From Candidatus Eremiobacteria bacterium (GTDB taxonomy: Bacteria; Vulcanimicrobiota; Vulcanimicrobiia; Vulcanimicrobiales; Vulcanimicrobiaceae): a stretch of 64,000 nucleotides of DNA. The notes beneath the pieces are model-generated. The model searched no databases, had not been told where the DNA came from, and saw only the letters and a program-made list of their open reading frames with translations. This document shows, one piece after another, positions 58,660 through 64,000 of the stretch. A program made the position numbers and the translations under genes. Where the stretch lies: contig CAVTRC010000001.1 of the NCBI GenBank assembly GCA_963737065.1, positions 832,001-896,000 of the forward strand. Reading direction: 5' to 3'. Position 1 is the stretch's first letter, and every line of letters begins with the position of its first letter.

Positions 58660-60653
58660 CTACTTCAGATATTTGTCGAGCCACGCGAGCCAGCGTTTGT
58701 AGACGTCTTCACTGCGCACCGGATCGGAGGGGAAATGGCCGGCCACCGGATACGCCACGAACTGTACCTCGGTGCCGTTGTCCTTCAGCGCGTGATACAT
58801 CTTGAACGAGTTCGTAATCGTGACGTTGTTGTCGCCGATGTCGCCCATCAGCAGAGTCGGCGCCTTGGCGTGCGGCGGCATATGTGATCGGCGACTGCTC
58901 GCGCCATTCCGCGGTATTTCCCGGCTTCCACGGCTTTCCGTGGAAGAACGGCACGTCGGTGTCGTAGTAGAACGCGATGTTGTAGTCGTCGAGCCAATCA
59001 TCGAGCGACGCGCCGCTCACGGCGGCTTTCCACACGTTGGGATAGTTACCGATGAGCCACGACGTCATGTAACCGCCGTAAGACCAGCCGGAAACCCCGA
59101 TACGGCCGGTATCGACGGGAAACCGCCGTTCTACGCGCGCGAGGCCCGCCATGACGTCTTTGCCCGGGCCGTCGCCCGCGTCGTTCGTGATCGCATGTTG
59201 ATACGCGTCGCCGAGATTCGTGCTGCCGCGATAGTTCGGCGAAAACACGAAGTAGCCGTGAGACGCAAAGATCTGTCGCTGCGAACTCCATGCCGTCGTC
59301 GACGAGCCTTGCGGTCCGCCATGGATGAGCAACACCAGCGGCGCCTTTCCGCCGGTATAGTGCAACGGATACGTGAGCACGCCGTCTTCCGCGAAGCTTC
59401 CCTTCGTCGAATGCCAATCGACCGCAACCGCACGCGCAACGCCGGTATGCGCGACGAACGCGTTTTCGTTCGTGAGTTGCACCGGCTTGGCGTTCGGAGC
59501 GCGAAGCGCGTACACTTCGCCGGGTTTATCGTTGGAAGAGGCAACGAAAACCAACGTTCCGTTCTTTGAAGTGTTTCCGAGAGACTGCGCATTGAGCGCG
59601 CCGATGTCGGCGCGCACCACCTTGCGTCCGAGCGGCCAATACCACAGCGCGAGCTGCGTGCGATCGGGGGTCGCGATCCATATGCCGTCACCCGAACTGC
59701 TCCACGACATCTCATCGACGTTGCGGTCGAGCGCCGAGCGTAGGTCGGCAACGCGATGGCCGCGCCGGTCGGTAACGTAGATGTCGACGCCTTGCGTGTA
59801 ATCGCCGCCGGTGTTGCGAGCATACGCGATCCGAGTCGCCCCGCGGCGCGAACGCCGGCGAATTCTCCATCGATTGACCGGGCGTCAGACGATCGATCCG
59901 TCCCGCTCGACGCATTGACGAGAACTTCGTACGATGCAAGCGAATCGCCGATGAACGGCGTCGGCCGGTGATCGATCGCAATCTGCGTGCTGTCCGGCGA
60001 CCATGAGACGCTGCCGCCGTCATCCGGCTCCAAATCCGCGACGCTCCAGCTTCCCGCTCGTCAACCGGCGATTGTCACGCCCGTCCGCATCGATGACCCA
60101 CAAGTGCGCGGGCGGCGTCGCCTCGCGATGGAGATAGTCGTTGTCGTGAACTTGGAACGCGTCGAGATTTTTCTCGCCGTCCGGTTTCTTCCGTTCTTCG
60201 TCCTGCGCCGTGTACGCGAAACGCTTTCCGTCCGGACTCCATTCGAACGAGATCACGCCGCGTTTTGCATGCGTGATCTGATGCGCTTCGCCGCCGTCCA
60301 TCGGAAGAACGAAGATCTGAGATTGCGGATCTTTCTCATCCGCGTCCAGCGCCGAAAAAGCGATCGCTTTTCCGTCGGGCGACCACGCCGGATCGGATAC
60401 GGCTTTTCGATCCCATGTCAATTGCCGGCTGCGACGCGTTCGCACATCGACGATAACCAATTGCCGGTCCGTCCGGTCTTTCTCGAAATCCTGACGTCCG
60501 CGAACATATACGACTCGCGTGCCGTCCGGTGAGATGCGCGGCTGCGACACGGAAACGAATACGCCGCGCATCGGAAAAGTCGAACGCTAGTGCGGGAAGC
60601 GCACCGGCCGCCAGTGCAAACGCGGCGGCGATGGAGAGAGAACGCATGCGCAT
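58660..60653 (-). CDS. S9 peptidase paralog, multiple frameshifts
   Basis: signal peptide, WSPDGK repeats, IHGGP, GWSYGG, YPVAGHFP across 4-5 ORFs. Confidence 0.85.
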
Positions 60654-60668
60654 CTCCTTCTCTGCGTG

Positions 60669-61582
60669 CTATTCACGAAGGCTGATCTGGGCGCCGTCGC
60701 GAGCGACGAGGCCATCGCGTTCCAGTATTGCAACGAGTTCTTCGACATCCTTCACCGTACGGTTTCGAAGAACCGGCCGCAGATCGCGATGCAAGTCCAA
60801 AAGCGAAATGCGTTCGCCGGGGGAAAGGTTGCGCAAGCGGTCGACGATTCGCCCGCGCGCAAAGCGCGTCGTCGCTTCAAACGGAATCGCGTTCTGCGGC
60901 GACGCCTTCTTTGCGTGGCGGCGGCGCAGTTCGTCCAAGACGGAGCGCTCGATCGGCGCAGCAGCGCAGTGCGCGCTGCAGCGGACAAAGCAAACACTTC
61001 GGCGCTCGCGCAGTGCAGATCGCTGGCGCCGAGATCCATCATCGCGGAGTTCCAGTCGTGACCGCCGTCTGCCGGCACGAGTTTACTCGCGCGTTCGTCC
61101 AGTTCGCGCGGCGATGCGATAACCGGATGCTCGAGGCCGAAGAACAGGCGATGGACGATGCGCCGGATATTCGTGTCGATCGGTGCGATCGCCGCGTCGT
61201 ACCCGAACGAAGCGATGGCCGCAGCGGTGTACGGCCCGATGCCCGCGAGCGAACGTAATTCACCGTCGTCGTGCGGGATCGTCCCCCCGAAGTGGTCGCA
61301 TACCGCAACAGCGACCTCGAGTAGCCGTACGGCGCGCGAGTTGTATCCGAGTCCCTGCCACAGACGTAAGACGTCGCCCGTCGTTGCGGCCCCCAGGGCG
61401 CGGATCGTGGGAAATCGCTCGATGAATTCCTTGAACTTCGGCACGACGCGGTCGACCTGCGTTTGCTGCAGCATGAATTCGCTCACGAGCGTGTAGTATG
61501 GGTCGCGCACGGTGCGCCACGGGAGATCAAACCGCCCGTGACGCGCATACCACGCCAGTAAATCGCGGCGGATTGCAATCAC
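60669..61582 (-). CDS. mutY: A/G-specific adenine glycosylase (short MutY), two frameshifts near 60970-61025
   Basis: LPWR, SEFMLQQTQV, WQGLGYNSRA, GIGPYTA; Fe-S motif ICTARAPKCLLCPL restored by removing 1 nt. Confidence 0.88.
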
Positions 61583-63045
61583 GACCGCAGCGTCGAAATC
61601 GCGGTGCCGATTCGGCGGATCCCTTCGGCGATTTCGTTGCGCGCGACCGCCGTGAGCGCCAAACGGAAGTGGTGATCGCCGCCGGAATCCGCAAAAAACG
61701 CTTCGCCGAAGAGAAATGACGCTCCGTACCGCTCGGCAACGTCGAGCAGCGCACGCGCCCGTACTTCGCGCGGCGTCGCGGCCCATAGATAAAAGCCGCC
61801 CGCCGCGCCAATCGCTCGAACGCCCGCGGGCCAATGCTTTGCGATCGCCTCGTCGGCGAGCTTGCGCCGCAGCAACAATTCTTCATGCAGCTGCACGATG
61901 TGCGCGTCGTATCCGCGTTCTAAATAATCGACGATTGCCGCTTGCACGTATAAACTCGTCGCCATATCGTACGCTTGTTTGCGGAGCAGCAACCGCTCGA
62001 GAATCATGCGCGGCGCGGCAAGCCACCCTACCCGCAAACTCGGTGCAATTGTTTTGGAGAACGTCGAAAGATAGACGACATGATCGGGCGCAAGCGCGAC
62101 GAGCGGCGGCAACGCATGGTGCGCGAGCGGTCCGTACGGATCGTCTTCCACGATCGGCACGCCGGCACGACGCGCGATGGTCGCGAGCCGCTCGCGCCGG
62201 TCGGCGTTCATCGTTACGTTCGTCGGGTTATGGAGCGAGGGCATCGTGTAGATGAACCGAGGGCGCCGCGTGCGCAAGATCGCCTCTACATGATCGACGC
62301 GCATGCCGTCTTCATCGACGGGGACCGGTATTGCGCGCAGCCCGTTGATTTGGAAAATTTGCAGCGCGCCCGGATATGACGGCGATTCAACGATGATCTC
62401 GTCACCCGGTTCGGCGAGCGACTGTGCGACAATCATGATCCCTTGCGTTGAGCCGGTGAGGACGATCACGTTCTTCGGCGCCATGCCGCTCGCGCCGCGC
62501 GCGCTCATGCGCGACGCGATCGCTTGACGTAACGGTTCGTATCCTTCCGAGTCGCCATAGGACAACACGAACCGCGGATCGCGCGCGACGCGTTCAAACG
62601 ACTGCGCGAGTTCGCCGAGCGGCGACGGTTCGTCCGGCGCAACGCCTTGCACGAATGAAATGCGTCCCGGCTCTTGTTTCGCCGCGAGCTCGCCGAGAAT
62701 GTTCGGAAATTCGCCGACTCGCCACGGCGGCAGCGTGATCCACCACGGAACGCCCGCGGTGCGCGCCGGTTGCCCGCCCCGCAGTTGCGGAACGACGCGT
62801 GACCCGGACCCGACGCGCTGTTCGATCAATCCGTCCGCGACCAACTCGCGATACGCGTGCACGATCGTGCTTCGGTTGACGTTCAGCCGTTCAGCGAGCG
62901 TGCGCTCCGGCGGGAGGCGCGTCGACTCCGGAAGCGTGCCGGCGAGAATCGCCTCGCGCAGGTGCTCGTAGATTTGCCGGTAGAGCGGTACAATAGACTC
63001 GCGTTCTAGCTGAGGGAGAACGCCTGACCATCCAATTTTTGCCAT
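61579..63045 (-). CDS. MocR/GabR family regulator (GntR HTH + PLP aminotransferase domain)
   Basis: PLYRQIYE..LPPER.LA..LNVNR; EDDPY; STFSKTIAPSLRVG. Confidence 0.92.
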   Translation of the reverse strand: MAKIGWSGVLPQLERESIVPLYRQIYEHLREAILAGTLPESTRLPPERTLAERLNVNRSTIVHAYRELVADGLIEQRVGSGSRVVPQLRGGQPARTAGVPWWITLPPWRVGEFPNILGELAAKQEPGRISFVQGVAPDEPSPLGELAQSFERVARDPRFVLSYGDSEGYEPLRQAIASRMSARGASGMAPKNVIVLTGSTQGIMIVAQSLAEPGDEIIVESPSYPGALQIFQINGLRAIPVPVDEDGMRVDHVEAILRTRRPRFIYTMPSLHNPTNVTMNADRRERLATIARRAGVPIVEDDPYGPLAHHALPPLVALAPDHVVYLSTFSKTIAPSLRVGWLAAPRMILERLLLRKQAYDMATSLYVQAAIVDYLERGYDAHIVQLHEELLLRRKLADEAIAKHWPAGVRAIGAAGGFYLWAATPREVRARALLDVAERYGASFLFGEAFFADSGGDHHFRLALTAVARNEIAEGIRRIGTAISTLRS

Positions 63046-63101
63046 GGATGGCAGTCCATTTTCGGTAAAACGTATGCCAACGCTTGCCGACCACTGAATT
63101 G

Positions 63102-64000
63102 ATGGTCAATTCACGGGCCGTCGATTTGCGAGTGCCCTTTGTAGGGCGTACCTCCGAGTTCCGGCAACTGCTCGCTTTTTTGAAGCAGGGCGGGTTTGTC
63201 ACTCTCGTTGGTCCCGGGGGCGTTGGAAAATCGCGGCTAGCGTACGAGGCGGTATCGCAGTTCGAGCGCGACTCCGGGTGGCAAGCGGCCTTCGTGAGCC
63301 TGGCCGGCGTCTCGCCCGAAGCGGTTCTCGGTGCGGTCATGGGCACGCTCGAGGTTTCCGAGGAGCCCGGCCGTCCGCGCATCGACACGCTACGTGACGC
63401 CCTTTCCGAGACGCCGCTCGTTCTCGTCCTCGACAACTGCGAGCACGCGCCGGACGAAATCAGCGCGCTGATGGATCAGCTGCGCACCGTTGAAGGTCTC
63501 ACGATCGTCGCGACGAGCCAGCGGCGGCTGGACTATGCCGAAGAAGAGGTGTTCGAACTTGAACCGCTGACGGTTGATGAAGCAGTCGCGTTCTTCTACG
63601 AGCGCGCTCAAATCGAACCAAAGGCCGTAACGGGAGACGTCGAGGATACGGTGACGTCGATCGTGCGCACGCTCGATGGTCTTCCCGTCGCCGTGGACCT
63701 CGCTGCGGCCCGGCTTGCTTCGCTTTCGCTGCAAGAACTCGCCGCGGAATTGAAGTCCTTGCGGCCGTACCATCTGCGCTCGACGCGCGGCTTGGATCCG
63801 CGGCACCGCACGATCGGAAACGTCATCGCATGGAGCTTCTCGCGCCTCAGCGAGCACGCGAAGCGCGCGTTCGCGATTTCCTCGCTCTTCGCCGACGAGT
63901 TCGACGTTCAAGACATCGCGTTCGTCGCGTCGATCGATGCGATCGACGCGTCGTTCGCACTCGATGAAGTAGCCGAAACGTCGCTCGTGATGCGTACGGA
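63102..64000 (+). CDS. STAND/NB-ARC-type ATPase regulator (partial, runs off the window)
   Basis: FVGR, LVGPGGVGKSRLA, LVLDNCEH, LDGLPVAVDLAAAR (own translation from ATG 63102). Confidence 0.88.
   Translation, partial: MVNSRAVDLRVPFVGRTSEFRQLLAFLKQGGFVTLVGPGGVGKSRLAYEAVSQFERDSGWQAAFVSLAGVSPEAVLGAVMGTLEVSEEPGRPRIDTLRDALSETPLVLVLDNCEHAPDEISALMDQLRTVEGLTIVATSQRRLDYAEEEVFELEPLTVDEAVAFFYERAQIEPKAVTGDVEDTVTSIVRTLDGLPVAVDLAAARLASLSLQELAAELKSLRPYHLRSTRGLDPRHRTIGNVIAWSFSRLSEHAKRAFAISSLFADEFDVQDIAFVASIDAIDASFALDEVAETSLVMRT

Overview
GC-rich bacterial chromosomal window of mostly housekeeping genes. I found no rRNA, tRNA, CRISPR array, prophage or transposase. Genes include rlmN, a family-4 UDG, prfB (with programmed +1 frameshift), secA, rimO, yajQ, rodZ, mnmA, the futalosine menaquinone genes mqnE/A/C, ftsK, rnj, a Yip1-TolC-MacA-MacB-MacB-ATPase-HtrA envelope cluster, dnaK-grpE-dnaJ, CoA-transferase and acyl-CoA dehydrogenase genes, nth, mutY, tandem S9 peptidases and a MocR regulator. 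A monoderm-type DnaK alongside TolC and a GT9 enzyme suggests a diderm Terrabacteria lineage, possibly Eremiobacterota/Vulcanimicrobiota (inference only). Several genes carry single-base indels that look like long-read errors. The most interesting signals are non-coding: (1) a ~160-nt pseudoknotted RNA in front of dnaK that resembles a shortened raiA-motif RNA; (2) a divergent riboswitch-like leader next to it; (3) a 207-bp element bounded by 53-bp inverted repeats after secA; (4) REP-like CCTTCGACAAGCTYAGG units embedded in two coding sequences. Notable proteins are a GDPH-motif protein, a tandem pair of double-PilZ proteins and an orphan TPR/ATP-grasp protein. All family assignments come from visual motif recognition, not database searches.
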